DNA of 64,000 bases from a virus. This document shows, piece by piece, positions 46,912-57,669 of this stretch; within the stretch, counting starts at the first letter, position 1; every line of letters begins with the position of its first letter. The stretch is taken from the IMG/VR virus record IMGVR_UViG_3300028034_000051, positions 1 through 64,000 of that record. The stretch is one strand, 5' to 3'. Position numbers and translations under genes: made by a program. The notes below the pieces were generated by a model. The model ran no database searches. It was not told the origin of the DNA and saw only the letters and a program-made list of their open reading frames with translations.

Positions 46912-49900
46912 TAATCAGCACCTCCTTCAATTGCAATCCACATTACTTCGCCATTATCAACAATTTGGTCTCTCCAAAAGCTCCATTTTGTTATAATAAG
47001 TGATCCCTTTGCTATTTCTATTTTAATGGCATATTTCCCCGCAGGTAAGTTAGGAATTAGAATTTTATTCGTTGGCCCATAACTGCCATATAATGTCCAA
47101 CCAGTATCATTATATTCTTTATAATATACATTTACAGGGAACGGAGCATCACCTGTATAAAACGTTACAGACAATTTTGTTACATCACTTTGCGAAGTAT
47201 ATGATGATATCCATATTGGATTTTGATAATCAAGAGTTACATCAGTAATATCATTAACATGCTCTATGCCTTTAATGATTGAATGACCGTATGCATAGAA
47301 ACCATCTTTTGAAATAGCACTGGCAAAGCTTTCATAAGTTTGCGTTTTCCCACTATAATTAACATTATAACTCATTAAACTTTTGATAGCCGTTTGCACT
47401 TTTGGAGCTTTATCCCACCCGAGATTAATATAATCACCATCCTGTGCTACACCGTAAGCTACTCGTTTACTATACCAATGAGGAATAGTTGAACCTGCTT
47501 CATAAAATTTCAAATGATCATCATTCAATATTGACCTATCACCATCTGAACCGACAATCTCAATCCCATCTTCACCATTGATTAGCATACCACCCGGGTA
47601 CATTTGTACATTTCCTGCTCCAATTGTTGGTTCAGCATCATAGAATGGTGCGTTAGATTTATGCCAAGATAAAACTTCTTCGTTTGTGTGTGCTTTATCA
47701 GAAATCATAAGTTCATCAATTAGAACACCTTTAATTGAATGACCAAACTCTAAACGGCTCATTTCTTGCGTTACTGTCCCAGTACCTTTTTTAGTTCCAT
47801 CCCCATATACAGTCACAGTCCCATTCTCTCTTACAAAAGTTACTGTATGCCATTCATAAGGAAGGAAGTTATTAACTGCATTAGGACAACCACTCACTCT
47901 AATATCTTGATAAGCAGTTTCACACCACCATCTACCAGAGTGGTCACTATTCCACCAATTAAATACATCTTGCCATCTATCAGTTGAATCATCATACTCT
48001 TTAGTAATTGCAACTTCAAAATGTAAAGTAAAATCACCTGTGCCTATTTGTGGTGTTTTATAATCTAGCACTCCATTTGGTCTACTTCCATCTACAAAAC
48101 TAGTTGAAAATGATTTGCTTTCAATCTGCATCCTTTTTGCATAAGATGTACCTGTATCAATAGTGCCTGGATAATGATATATAGCAAATCCTAATCTATC
48201 AGCAGGATTACCATCACTTCCTAATACACTATCATCTCGAGTGAATGTTATTGAATATCTATCATATGAAGTTTTAGTAGATGATAGAGCCACGGCACCT
48301 ATCCATTCACCATTAGGGTTTTTAGAATAGATATAAAATCTAACTTCACCACCAGCATCTTTTCTAGCTTGATCTATTTTCAAGTCTACAGAGAAAGTGA
48401 CTTTATCTCCATTAGACATACCTAACTTAGCAAATGTATATGACTCTGTCCAAAAACTATATCCTGTTCCAGAATAGGCTAGTTCACCAGTTGCGTAATT
48501 GTTTTGTGCAAGATTAGTTGTACCTTCTTCAATTGCTACCGCACCGCCGAATACACCTTCGTTTGGTCTTAAAGTAGCAACTGGTGTTCCAACTGGCTTA
48601 ACCCCATCTGTACTAACTAATGACCTGTCAAAGTGCCATAGGTGCGCATCTTCTGGTTTTGTTGGATTTGCGTAAGCCTTTGCATTACTCTCAGCACTAT
48701 CAGCTTTAGCCTGTGCTCCAGCTTCATTTTCTGCCGGTGATCCCGAAACAGTTATGCCGTTAGCATCAATATAGGTAGAACTGTTTTCACTTTGAACTTT
48801 CATATTTCCGGTAAGTGTAAGAACCTGGGCTAATATTTCATCAGATAAAGTTACAGTCCAGAATTTCAATTCGTATAATGTTAATGCTGCATCAAATACT
48901 ATTCTCATTTTGTTTGTAGCTACCATCTTATCATTATCAAACCGTTTTATATTCCATTGGTTGGCATTGCAAGCCACAGGACTAGTACTAGAACCTATTA
49001 CATCTATCCAAGCTTCTGTGTCTTTGTCCCAAGCTTGTACATAGTAATTACAGGCAACACTAGGATAGAATCTAACCATGTCAAAGAACCACTGCATCGG
49101 ATATTCAAAAGTAATGGTTGGTGCACTACCGAAAGCAGGTCCTAATCCTGTATCCATATCCCAAAGTTGTTCTAATGATCCAGAGCTTGGCGTTACATCA
49201 CTTATAGGATTAATATTGAACGATTGATTTATATCCTTTGCATCAATTAGGTTAGGAGTAATTGAGCCACTACCCCATGGCCCTTGTTGACCTAACTTAT
49301 CTATAAATCTAGCTCTTACATAGTTAGTTGTATCACCAATAGCAGGTACTTCTCTGATAAAATCTTTTCCTTTATAAATCTCCGGACTACCAAAATTACT
49401 GTCGGTATCAATTTGAAATTCGATAATATCTAAGTCTTTGATATTCGGATCATCAACTGCTAATTGTAATTGCGATAGTGTAGAATTGATATGTAGTGTC
49501 GGCATTGGTGGTACCGAGTTGGTAACAGTTACACTCACTGCATTAGCTGAATATACACCGCTACGATTGAATGCTTTGATATAGAATGTCTCACTAACTG
49601 TTTCTGGTTCCTTAATGTGAGATAATGCATTACCTCGATAGATCAATTCTGAATTAGCAGTCGTATCTTGACCCCAGTTCATATCTGCGGTTCTTATTTC
49701 AAATCCTGACTTATCTTGATCAGGTATATCATTCCATTGTAAGACTATCTTATCTTCAAAAGTACATGTAGCCCAGGTAACATCACTTGGTGGATTTTCA
49801 TTACCAGTTATAGTTATTGTAGTAGTTGGTGATGTTCCAAAGTCTGCTTTAATACCGTGCCTATTTTCAGAAACTACCTTAACATCGTAAATTTCTGGAC

Positions 49901-51473
49901 TAACTGGTTTGATATCAAATTCTAATTCTTCAGTTCTGCCTGCATAATTCCATTCAATTGCTGAGCTAACCTTGTAATAAATATGAGCATATTTCCAGTA
50001 ATGATCTACTGGCTTATCGTATGTTACATGAATAACAGGCACATAAGACCCATCTCCTATCAACTCGCCACTTTCAACTGCTGTTAAATTAAGTACATTA
50101 TCCGGCTTAGCAAATGGATTAGGCAACGTAGAATCTTTTTTAGGTTGCTCTACTACTCCCGAATCTGAATATATTGCATCATTATATTCCTGGCAAACTA
50201 ACCTCATTTCGTCATTCTCTTCTTCGTGAATCTCTAAAATACGAAACTCTTTATCTACCCAACCAGGAACATCATGACTTACTGTAATTACATCTCCCAC
50301 TTCACAATGCAAACTATCTATCCCTACTTTGAATTCACAAAATGTAGAGCAAAATTTAGCTTTTTTCTGATAGAACCTTGCTAATCTTCCGGCCTGGTTA
50401 AACCGGTTGATTCCAAGTAGAGATATAGTCTTATCTACTACTTCCCCTCTCTTTTCAATATCTCGATCGTCGGTATATTGAGCGTATACTTTTTGCCAAT
50501 TTTTATTAGGATCCGTATACTGGACTAAAACTTTGTTAGGAACTTCTTTTCTACTACTTTTATTGTAACTAAACGAATCCTCAACTATATTATCCATGGT
50601 GTAACTCTGCACCGGTGCTTCCGGCATATCTGCTTTAAGTCTTAATTCTCCACCTGAATAAAGTAAAAATGCTCTAAAAGTACCAAGTATACTTTGAATA
50701 ATATCTAAACTAGATTGTTTAGCGTCAATTACATAATCTAATTTAAACCTTGGAACTTGGTTACCGCTGCCATCATCAACCGTTTCATCACAATGATTAG
50801 CAACAGTTTTAAATGACTCTAAATCAATATGTTGCTTATCTATTCCCAGGCCATAACGTGAATTAGTTAAGAAATCAAGTAAACAATAAGCTGGATTTTG
50901 AGAGTATTGAGTAACCCAGCTAGAAGTACCATTATTCCATACTTCAACTTCCCTACCTTCTATAATAGAAGTTATAGTTGGAGTACCACTTAATTCTAAT
51001 TCTTCAGCATCCAAAGAAGCTGAAATGTAAGCTAAAAAAGGAAATGTTTCACCATTAAGATTAATACTATCTGCTGTTTGAGCCCGGTTTCCTAGCCTAA
51101 TATTAGCAGTTATGCTTACATTGTCTGCTTTAATTGAAGATATAGACTTAATAGGTCCTTCGGATACTCCAACTTGAATATCCATGTATTGATCATTATC
51201 ACCAGATATCTTTTGAAAAATTATATTACCGGCAACTCTATTTCTTCCGTATGCCACCGGAATAGGTAATTCTTGCGATTTTGTATTACGAATAGGGCCA
51301 AACGAATAAGTTGAAGAACTAGCTAATTGAGATTCTAATTCTTGGGCCTGTTGGTAATTATCGTAGCTTCTACCAAGCGAAAAACCCATCATTACTCCCC
51401 GAAGGATATTAGCCCCAATTGCTTCAGCTGTAAACCCTCCTATTACTGCTCCTATCGCTGCTCCAGCTCCCAA
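46911..51473 (-). CDS. Tail tip/host-specificity protein (gpJ-like) with FN3-like, carbohydrate-binding-like and LamG-like domains
   Basis: PIPVAYGR..GN, NPAYCLLDFLT..RYGLG, EEGTTNL, IDELMIS motifs. Confidence 0.85.
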   Translation of the reverse strand: MGAGAAIGAVIGGFTAEAIGANILRGVMMGFSLGRSYDNYQQAQELESQLASSSTYSFGPIRNTKSQELPIPVAYGRNRVAGNIIFQKISGDNDQYMDIQVGVSEGPIKSISSIKADNVSITANIRLGNRAQTADSINLNGETFPFLAYISASLDAEELELSGTPTITSIIEGREVEVWNNGTSSWVTQYSQNPAYCLLDFLTNSRYGLGIDKQHIDLESFKTVANHCDETVDDGSGNQVPRFKLDYVIDAKQSSLDIIQSILGTFRAFLLYSGGELRLKADMPEAPVQSYTMDNIVEDSFSYNKSSRKEVPNKVLVQYTDPNKNWQKVYAQYTDDRDIEKRGEVVDKTISLLGINRFNQAGRLARFYQKKAKFCSTFCEFKVGIDSLHCEVGDVITVSHDVPGWVDKEFRILEIHEEENDEMRLVCQEYNDAIYSDSGVVEQPKKDSTLPNPFAKPDNVLNLTAVESGELIGDGSYVPVIHVTYDKPVDHYWKYAHIYYKVSSAIEWNYAGRTEELEFDIKPVSPEIYDVKVVSENRHGIKADFGTSPTTTITITGNENPPSDVTWATCTFEDKIVLQWNDIPDQDKSGFEIRTADMNWGQDTTANSELIYRGNALSHIKEPETVSETFYIKAFNRSGVYSANAVSVTVTNSVPPMPTLHINSTLSQLQLAVDDPNIKDLDIIEFQIDTDSNFGSPEIYKGKDFIREVPAIGDTTNYVRARFIDKLGQQGPWGSGSITPNLIDAKDINQSFNINPISDVTPSSGSLEQLWDMDTGLGPAFGSAPTITFEYPMQWFFDMVRFYPSVACNYYVQAWDKDTEAWIDVIGSSTSPVACNANQWNIKRFDNDKMVATNKMRIVFDAALTLYELKFWTVTLSDEILAQVLTLTGNMKVQSENSSTYIDANGITVSGSPAENEAGAQAKADSAESNAKAYANPTKPEDAHLWHFDRSLVSTDGVKPVGTPVATLRPNEGVFGGAVAIEEGTTNLAQNNYATGELAYSGTGYSFWTESYTFAKLGMSNGDKVTFSVDLKIDQARKDAGGEVRFYIYSKNPNGEWIGAVALSSTKTSYDRYSITFTRDDSVLGSDGNPADRLGFAIYHYPGTIDTGTSYAKRMQIESKSFSTSFVDGSRPNGVLDYKTPQIGTGDFTLHFEVAITKEYDDSTDRWQDVFNWWNSDHSGRWWCETAYQDIRVSGCPNAVNNFLPYEWHTVTFVRENGTVTVYGDGTKKGTGTVTQEMSRLEFGHSIKGVLIDELMISDKAHTNEEVLSWHKSNAPFYDAEPTIGAGNVQMYPGGMLINGEDGIEIVGSDGDRSILNDDHLKFYEAGSTIPHWYSKRVAYGVAQDGDYINLGWDKAPKVQTAIKSLMSYNVNYSGKTQTYESFASAISKDGFYAYGHSIIKGIEHVNDITDVTLDYQNPIWISSYTSQSDVTKLSVTFYTGDAPFPVNVYYKEYNDTGWTLYGSYGPTNKILIPNLPAGKYAIKIEIAKGSLIITKWSFWRDQIVDNGEVMWIAIEGGAD

Positions 51474-51475
51474 AC

Positions 51476-51883
51476 CTATTCACCTCCAATTCTCCATATT
51501 GAATGCAATCTATTTTTCCATCTATTCAAACGAGCAACTTCTACTTTTCTATCTTCTAATACATGAATAAATTTATTTCTACTAACTAAAACTCCACTAT
51601 GAGTAGGCACTTTGCAAAAACAAAAAACAACCACATCTAATGGTTGTTTACTTTCAAACTCTATTTTATTTGCATGTTTCTCTAACCCCTCAATAAATCG
51701 TTTAGGATCATCTTCATACCAATTCTTTTTAATTTTTCTACCATCATCATTTGGCAAGGTAATACCATTATCAGCAAGAAAATTAATTATAAGTCCAAGA
51801 CAATCTAACCCTTCCAAATCTCTTCCATTATGAGTATAAGATATTCCTATATACTTTCTAATGATATCCTGCATATTAACCAA
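51476..51883 (-). CDS. NlpC/P60 tail protein
   Basis: GRD..GLDCLGL, HSGV, FIH. Confidence 0.88.
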   Translation of the reverse strand: MVNMQDIIRKYIGISYTHNGRDLEGLDCLGLIINFLADNGITLPNDDGRKIKKNWYEDDPKRFIEGLEKHANKIEFESKQPLDVVVFCFCKVPTHSGVLVSRNKFIHVLEDRKVEVARLNRWKNRLHSIWRIGGE

Positions 51884-52715
51884 ACTCTCTCGGATCTTTT
51901 ATTTCTGGTATAGCTAAGAAACCACCGTAATATTGGGTATTGGACCAAAATGCACAACCATGGCCAGCATCATAAGATTTGTCGCAACCTGTTTTCATGC
52001 TATATGAATCTCCAGCAGCTGCAGAAGAAAAAGGATAATCTACCTTTACATAGCCACTTCCGGATTCAATTATATCTCTAGTTTCATTACCAATTGTGAT
52101 GCTCCCATGCTTCCAGTAGTTATTTGTTTCAGTTATACCTGCATCATTAATAGTAAGATAATCGCTAGAAATACTATCAACAATACCACTTTTCGTCGGT
52201 ACTGTAGCTCCGCAAGTGTCTGGATTGCCAAATTGCCAGTTACAACTTACTTGATATTCTCGGCCTGGTAATTGTTTATCTAATGTATCTAACTTTGAAA
52301 CTACATTGACCTTCATAGCATTTTGAGTAATCTGCGGTGAATCCATTATACCATCAAAAACTACTACTTTATTTGCTGGATTGCCAAGAGCATCTAAGAA
52401 CACTTTCCAAATTTCAAGACTACGGCCACGGAATTCTGTATTAGCAATATAAGATGACATTTCTCTACTAACATTGTCGATTGAAACTGAGGTTTCATCT
52501 ACTTTAGTGTCTACATTAGTTGAAATTGTGTCTCTGCTAAATGCAAAAGCTGTGTATGTTTGTGGATTATCATTTTCATCGAAAAACTCAATGTCTTCTG
52601 GATGATTAGCCAAGTATAATGTTGTTTCATCAAGATGTACTAATAATAATTCTACTGGCCGGTTCGCTTCTTTGTCCTTTTCCATTGTTACGTTAGTACT
52701 TAAATCACGAGACAT
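51876..52715 (-). CDS. Minor tail protein (gpL-like, DUF2163/BR0599)
   Basis: C.WQFG...CG, GCDK..C..N..YGGF..IP. Confidence 0.85.
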   Translation of the reverse strand: MSRDLSTNVTMEKDKEANRPVELLLVHLDETTLYLANHPEDIEFFDENDNPQTYTAFAFSRDTISTNVDTKVDETSVSIDNVSREMSSYIANTEFRGRSLEIWKVFLDALGNPANKVVVFDGIMDSPQITQNAMKVNVVSKLDTLDKQLPGREYQVSCNWQFGNPDTCGATVPTKSGIVDSISSDYLTINDAGITETNNYWKHGSITIGNETRDIIESGSGYVKVDYPFSSAAAGDSYSMKTGCDKSYDAGHGCAFWSNTQYYGGFLAIPEIKDPREFG

Positions 52716-53054
52716 TTATAACACCTCCACTAAAGGCAATCCAAACTTAAACATCAAATCATAAAATACTTCTCGACTAAGCTTATCTACTCCAAAACGG
52801 ACTTTGATCACTTCTCCAGTTCTCGGATGAGTCCAGTTAAAAACTTCAAATTTACCTTTTCTTGCTTTAAAAAAGTTATATATTTCATCAGCAGGAGTTT
52901 CCTGCTTTTCAAATTTAAGCTGAAATTTGCGTTTTGGACTTCCTTTACTTCTACGCTGTTCTTTGCCTGATTCAAACTTGGTAATCAAAGTATTATATTT
53001 TATATCTTCTGTCCTTACTCTGTGAGCAGGCCATATGAATTCTGGTAGTGCCAT
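52716..53054 (-). CDS. Distal tail protein (DUF2460/gpM-like)
   Basis: SGKEQRR, FFKARKG..F.W, VRF. Confidence 0.8.
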   Translation of the reverse strand: MALPEFIWPAHRVRTEDIKYNTLITKFESGKEQRRSKGSPKRKFQLKFEKQETPADEIYNFFKARKGKFEVFNWTHPRTGEVIKVRFGVDKLSREVFYDLMFKFGLPLVEVL

Positions 53055-53115
53055 ATCACCACCTCCATTTTATTGCATAAAAAACCACCTTCTTAAAAGG
53101 TGGTTAAAAACTTTA

Positions 53116-53217
53116 TTAACAATATTTATTTATTAAATTGGCAATTTCACTCTTAGGTATGTCGCTTTTGTCTTTTTTAGAATAAACAATAACTAGAACA
53201 TCATACTGGCCTGCCAT
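53116..53217 (-). pseudogene. Internally deleted RelE/HigB-like toxin remnant (33 aa)
   Basis: MAGQYDV joined to LVIVYSKKDKSDIPKSEI, resembling the C-terminus of HigB/RelE-like toxins. Confidence 0.5.
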
Positions 53218-53220
53218 CAA

Positions 53221-53373
53221 TTACTCCCCCTGGGCTTCTTCCTCTTCTAAAAAATCGTCTATAGATGTTTTAGGCAATTTACCTTCTCTCATTAATTGCA
53301 TTTCTTTTAATGATTCTTTTAATGATTCACGTGGGGAGTGTTCTTCAATTTCAGTTTTAGCTACGGCACTCAT
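53221..53373 (-). CDS. Small acidic antitoxin-like protein (50 aa)
   Basis: ESLKESLKEMQLMREGKLPKTSIDDFL; RBS AAGGAGG; precedes toxin remnant. Confidence 0.55.
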   Translation of the reverse strand: MSAVAKTEIEEHSPRESLKESLKEMQLMREGKLPKTSIDDFLEEEEAQGE

Positions 53374-53480
53374 ATTATCCCCCTCCTTTTTATGATTATA
53401 TCCATTATCATCACACATATCCATCACCTCGTAAGATTATACTCTCCAGATGACGAAAATATTATTTACTTTGTAACTTA

Positions 53481-53509
53481 ATTATAGCACTTTATATCTT
53501 GAATGTAAA
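53481..53509 (-). promoter_or_regulatory. SigmaA promoter of moron
   Basis: TTTACA-17-TATAAT with extended TG. Confidence 0.7.
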
Positions 53510-53592
53510 GATATGAGAGTCAAAATATTTATTCAATACTTAGAAACTTTCTGCAGTCTTATCCATTTATTTTTTCTTTGTACATGCTTTTT

Positions 53593-55977
53593 TTATAGAT
53601 TTTGTTTAATTGTCTTCCTAGTTAACCCATTCTTTTTAATATCATTATTGACCACACCAGTGATAGCCTCTGGATTTCTAGCAGCAAGATCAGCAAATGA
53701 TTTAGCATCGACAGCATTAATATTTATATTGTATGTTTCTCCTCCTGACCCTTGATTGTTTAGAAAAGCTTTAGTATCTTCTCTGCTAAGTATAAGTTCT
53801 CCAGTTTGAGCTTTGATTAACCTTTCATCATTAGCTAATGGCTTTAGTCCCACCATGCCGCCTGAATGATAAGCATCTACCAATCCTCTTGCAGTTACAA
53901 GACCACCATTATGAGCCGTTGGAAAACCAGCAAAACTTAATACACTGTTAACTGCGGGTCCTACAATAGCTTTTTGAATCACTAATGATGCTACTTGATC
54001 AAGAAAATTATCAAAAACTTTACTTAAGCTTTTACCTTTAGCAATAGCAGCGGATAATCCTGAAATCATTTGGTTTTTAAACCTAATAAATTGCTCTCGA
54101 GCACTTTTAATTCTTTCAGTCATATTTTTCCAGGTCATTTCTTTCTTTAAAGCTGCATAATGGTTTTTAGCCCGGTTTATCACTTTAACAAATTTTTCCC
54201 ATACACTTAAAGTAGGTAATTTTTCAGGAACATCACCTACTTTAATCGGGCCCATTCCTCCTTTATCAGCTCCTCCTTTTTTATCTCCTATATCAACATC
54301 GATAGTGAGTTTCCCTTTGAAAGCATCTACTATTTTTTTAATTTGTTTATATAACTCGGGGGCTCTCTGCTTAACTAAAATTAATATTTCATCAAAAGTA
54401 TCTTTTGCTGTTTGTTTCATAGCTTCCCACAGTTCGCCCATTCCTTTTTTAGCTTTTTCAGACCACTTTTTGATTTCTCCAGCAATCTCTGGAGCTTTTT
54501 CTTTGACTATCTCAAATGTTTTATCTAAGTTTTTACCTATATTAGCTATGTGGTCTTCACCAACTCCTTCAAGAATCTGCCCAAGAAAACCATCATGTTC
54601 TTTTCCAACATTTTTATAAGATTTTTCTACATTATCTGCTACACTAGCAAATTTTACACCAAACAATTCAAGTTTTTTCATTATCCAATCTAAAACTCCA
54701 CCTATAAATTTAGCTATTTTATCCCAATTATTTTTAACAACTTCATAAGACATAACAGCTACATTTTTAACTACTACATAAAAATCCAAGTTTCTATTAA
54801 TCAACCATTTTAATATTTTCCAAACAGAATTAAAAGCAGATTTGAATTTATCAAAAAAGTAACTTGCTGTTTTATTGCCACCGTTCATAATATTATCATA
54901 CCATTCTTTAAAATTGTTCCATAATTGGTCTAAATAATCTCTAACCCCCCAAAGATTTTGTTTCCACGCCGAATAAAAAGTATAGGCTAAAGCAATTATA
55001 ATCGTCACAGGGTTAGTTAAAGAAACAAAAGCACTTGCCACAACACTTAAGGCTCCAATAATTGCTTCTATTCCAATTACCAGGCCTGCCAGTCCTGCTA
55101 TAGCTGATAACAATCCTGTAGCAAAAAGTCCAATTTGGACTATGTTTTGATGAATAGAATCCGGTAGTTCATTGAATGCCTTTATAGCTTCTCTAGCTTT
55201 ATTAACAACCTTTGTGGCAATTGGTAATAAATACGAACCTAACTCTTCTCTGGCATTACGAACCTCTCCCAAAAAACCACGCCAGGAGTTAGCTAGTTCA
55301 TCTCTAGTTCTAACAGCATCTCCTTGAATTTCACTCATTTTTTCCATGATTACATTATATCTAAGCATAACTTTCTCCGACTCTGTCATTTCCCGAACCG
55401 ATTTCTCAATTCCATTCTTTAAAGCATATTGCTCCAAAGCAGCTTGTTGTGTATTAAAACCGAGCCTTTTTAAAGCTTCTGCTTCTCCTGTTAAAGCTCC
55501 AGTAAGAGCTTCAAATGCTCTGTCTGTTTTTATATTCCTAAAAGAAGATAAATCTACTGCTAATTTTGTTATAGCTTTACTCATTTCGGCAGCTTCTTTT
55601 TTGCTTTCAACCATGTTTTTTAACATGCTCATAGAAGTACCTACATAATTTTTAATTGCATAATCTGATCTATTAACTGCCTCTGCTGTTTGCTCAGCCC
55701 ATTCATTGATATCATCTGCCATTGCTCCAAAGCTAACCTCTATTACATTCTGTAATTCCTTAGCATCAGATGCAGCTTTAATCAAAAATCCACCTGCTGT
55801 ACCAATCCCTGCTAAGGCTGCCGTTGCTAATGCCCCGGCACGTTTAATTCCATTAGCTGCTGTTTTAGCTGTATTTGATAGATCTTTCAAACCTCTTTTT
55901 GCCGTGTTAATACCACTTTTAAGTCCGCTAGTACCTGCTTTTATTCTTGCTAATATGCTTCCTGCATTATACGCCAT
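53593..55977 (-). CDS. Tail tape measure protein (prophage B)
   Basis: Long helical protein after chaperones; AHNGG/YHSGG and GELIL C-terminal motifs. Confidence 0.9.
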   Translation of the reverse strand: MAYNAGSILARIKAGTSGLKSGINTAKRGLKDLSNTAKTAANGIKRAGALATAALAGIGTAGGFLIKAASDAKELQNVIEVSFGAMADDINEWAEQTAEAVNRSDYAIKNYVGTSMSMLKNMVESKKEAAEMSKAITKLAVDLSSFRNIKTDRAFEALTGALTGEAEALKRLGFNTQQAALEQYALKNGIEKSVREMTESEKVMLRYNVIMEKMSEIQGDAVRTRDELANSWRGFLGEVRNAREELGSYLLPIATKVVNKAREAIKAFNELPDSIHQNIVQIGLFATGLLSAIAGLAGLVIGIEAIIGALSVVASAFVSLTNPVTIIIALAYTFYSAWKQNLWGVRDYLDQLWNNFKEWYDNIMNGGNKTASYFFDKFKSAFNSVWKILKWLINRNLDFYVVVKNVAVMSYEVVKNNWDKIAKFIGGVLDWIMKKLELFGVKFASVADNVEKSYKNVGKEHDGFLGQILEGVGEDHIANIGKNLDKTFEIVKEKAPEIAGEIKKWSEKAKKGMGELWEAMKQTAKDTFDEILILVKQRAPELYKQIKKIVDAFKGKLTIDVDIGDKKGGADKGGMGPIKVGDVPEKLPTLSVWEKFVKVINRAKNHYAALKKEMTWKNMTERIKSAREQFIRFKNQMISGLSAAIAKGKSLSKVFDNFLDQVASLVIQKAIVGPAVNSVLSFAGFPTAHNGGLVTARGLVDAYHSGGMVGLKPLANDERLIKAQTGELILSREDTKAFLNNQGSGGETYNININAVDAKSFADLAARNPEAITGVVNNDIKKNGLTRKTIKQNL

Positions 55978-56390
55978 TAATCTTCACCTCCCTCTTCAGT
56001 ACTGTCAAACACTTCTACATTTGGATTCTGCATCATTTGCTTACTTTCATTAGCTAATCCAATGCTTGCAAAGTCCTGTTGACCACTTTTATTTTGACTA
56101 TCATTTTGCTTAAGTTCAATAATCTTCTCCGGTGGATCATCAGCAAATGCAGCTCCAATAGCAAAACGCAAAATATTATATTCTAAATTAGCTTCTTTCA
56201 TCTTACGGTTTTGAATAGCAGCGTAAATATCAGCTATTTGTCTCGGACTATACCGGATCACAACTTCATCTGGCCCCATTTTGTATTCAGTTGCAATTTC
56301 TTCTACTACTTCAAATTCTGTTACCCTCGCAGATTCTTCACTACTCCCATCACTGGCTTCATCACTCCTGCGAGAGACTGCAAGTTTTTT
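55977..56390 (-). CDS. Tail chaperone gpGT-like extension via -1 frameshift
   Basis: -1 frame is open from A AAA AAC (56390..56384) into ORF 55977..56279. Confidence 0.75.
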   Translation of the reverse strand, partial: KKLAVSRRSDEASDGSSEESARVTEFEVVEEIATEYKMGPDEVVIRYSPRQIADIYAAIQNRKMKEANLEYNILRFAIGAAFADDPPEKIIELKQNDSQNKSGQQDFASIGLANESKQMMQNPNVEVFDSTEEGGED

Positions 56391-56752
56391 ACTATTTCCC
56401 CCACTCTATTAACTTTGAATATAGCAGAAAACAATTCAATTTCTTTAGATAACGTTAAATTATCATCTAAAAACTCTTTATCTAGTCCAGCAGCAACTTC
56501 ATAGATTTCTAGTAATACATCATCACTTAAATAAAGCAATAAACCTTCAATTTCATTCTCAATATTTTCTAAATCAAAATCTAAATTACCACTATCTATG
56601 TCCTTAACCATCTTGCCTAATACTTTCATCAGTTTCTTATATTTCTTACGTGGCAACTCAGTAATCAAAACATCTTCATCACCAATTGTAATTTCAACTT
56701 CATCTGGAATAAGGACATCATCAACTCTATTTTCTTCACTCAAAAATAACAA
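56321..56752 (-). CDS. Tail assembly chaperone
   Basis: Between major tail and tape measure. Confidence 0.75.
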   Translation of the reverse strand: MLFLSEENRVDDVLIPDEVEITIGDEDVLITELPRKKYKKLMKVLGKMVKDIDSGNLDFDLENIENEIEGLLLYLSDDVLLEIYEVAAGLDKEFLDDNLTLSKEIELFSAIFKVNRVGEIVKNLQSLAGVMKPVMGVVKNLRG

Positions 56753-56797
56753 CCCCTTTCTATAATAAAAGGCGGCCGTTAAGCCACCTCAGTTAAT

Positions 56798-57655
56798 TTA
56801 TGCAGTTTCAAAGCTAGTTCTGTAATTGCTACCCATCTTGTTTCCAGCTAGATCTCTAACCTCTCCGGAAGCAAAAGCTAAATAAGTAGTTAATGAGCTT
56901 AAATCTACGTCCGGTGTGAATATGACTTTATTGGTTCCTTTATCATAAGCTAAGCTTCCTGATACTTCGGTTCCACTAGCATCAACAAGATTAAAGTTTC
57001 CGGAAGTAATATCTCTCTCTTGAATTGGCTCAGAGAAAGTCCATTCAACAGTAGTAGTCACTGCTACTGTTGTCGCTGCGTCAGTAGGACTTACGCTACT
57101 AACTGAAGGAGGAGTAGTGTCATCATATACATCTGTACGCTTACCAAACCGCTGCCCTTTAGGTTTAGTAGTGTCTTCAAGTACTAACATAGTAATTTCT
57201 TTGAGCGCTTCCCCTTCTTTATTGTAAGTAGTTTCCCCAATATCCATAGCAACTACTTTCCATAATTCCCATTTAGCAGTACCTCCACCAGGAGCAGGAC
57301 CATTAATATAAAGACAACGATAATTAACTGTGTCGTCTCCACCAAAATCTAGTACATTATTAGCTTCATCTATAGCACTATCTGGTAGATCCCAAGCAAG
57401 AGCCATATTTTCTAAAGTATCTTCTTTCATAGTAAAGGAAACTTCTAATCTTTCACCAATTTTCTTAACATCGATTACCGAAAGAAACTGGTCTGCTGTC
57501 GCTTCGTATAACTCTGTAGAATGATTATAGCTTACTCCACCTTCTGTCAATCCTACATCTCTAGAATTAGCTTCTGTATCACCATAAGCACCGACTAATA
57601 TTTGAGAATCACCCATTGTCAAATTGCCTGGTTGATTAGTCTGTCGTGTAACCAT
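56798..57655 (-). CDS. Major tail protein with C-terminal Ig-like domain
   Basis: GLTEGGV tube motif; DTTPPSVSSVSP..FSE..DLAGN. Confidence 0.85.
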   Translation of the reverse strand: MVTRQTNQPGNLTMGDSQILVGAYGDTEANSRDVGLTEGGVSYNHSTELYEATADQFLSVIDVKKIGERLEVSFTMKEDTLENMALAWDLPDSAIDEANNVLDFGGDDTVNYRCLYINGPAPGGGTAKWELWKVVAMDIGETTYNKEGEALKEITMLVLEDTTKPKGQRFGKRTDVYDDTTPPSVSSVSPTDAATTVAVTTTVEWTFSEPIQERDITSGNFNLVDASGTEVSGSLAYDKGTNKVIFTPDVDLSSLTTYLAFASGEVRDLAGNKMGSNYRTSFETA

Positions 57656-57669
57656 TTATCTCACCTCTC

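Noticed and set aside
44034-51473. Second DGR target (VR) in prophage B
   Set aside because: No TR-like sequence seen by eye in these tail genes; a BLASTn of TR against the genome is needed to exclude remote targets
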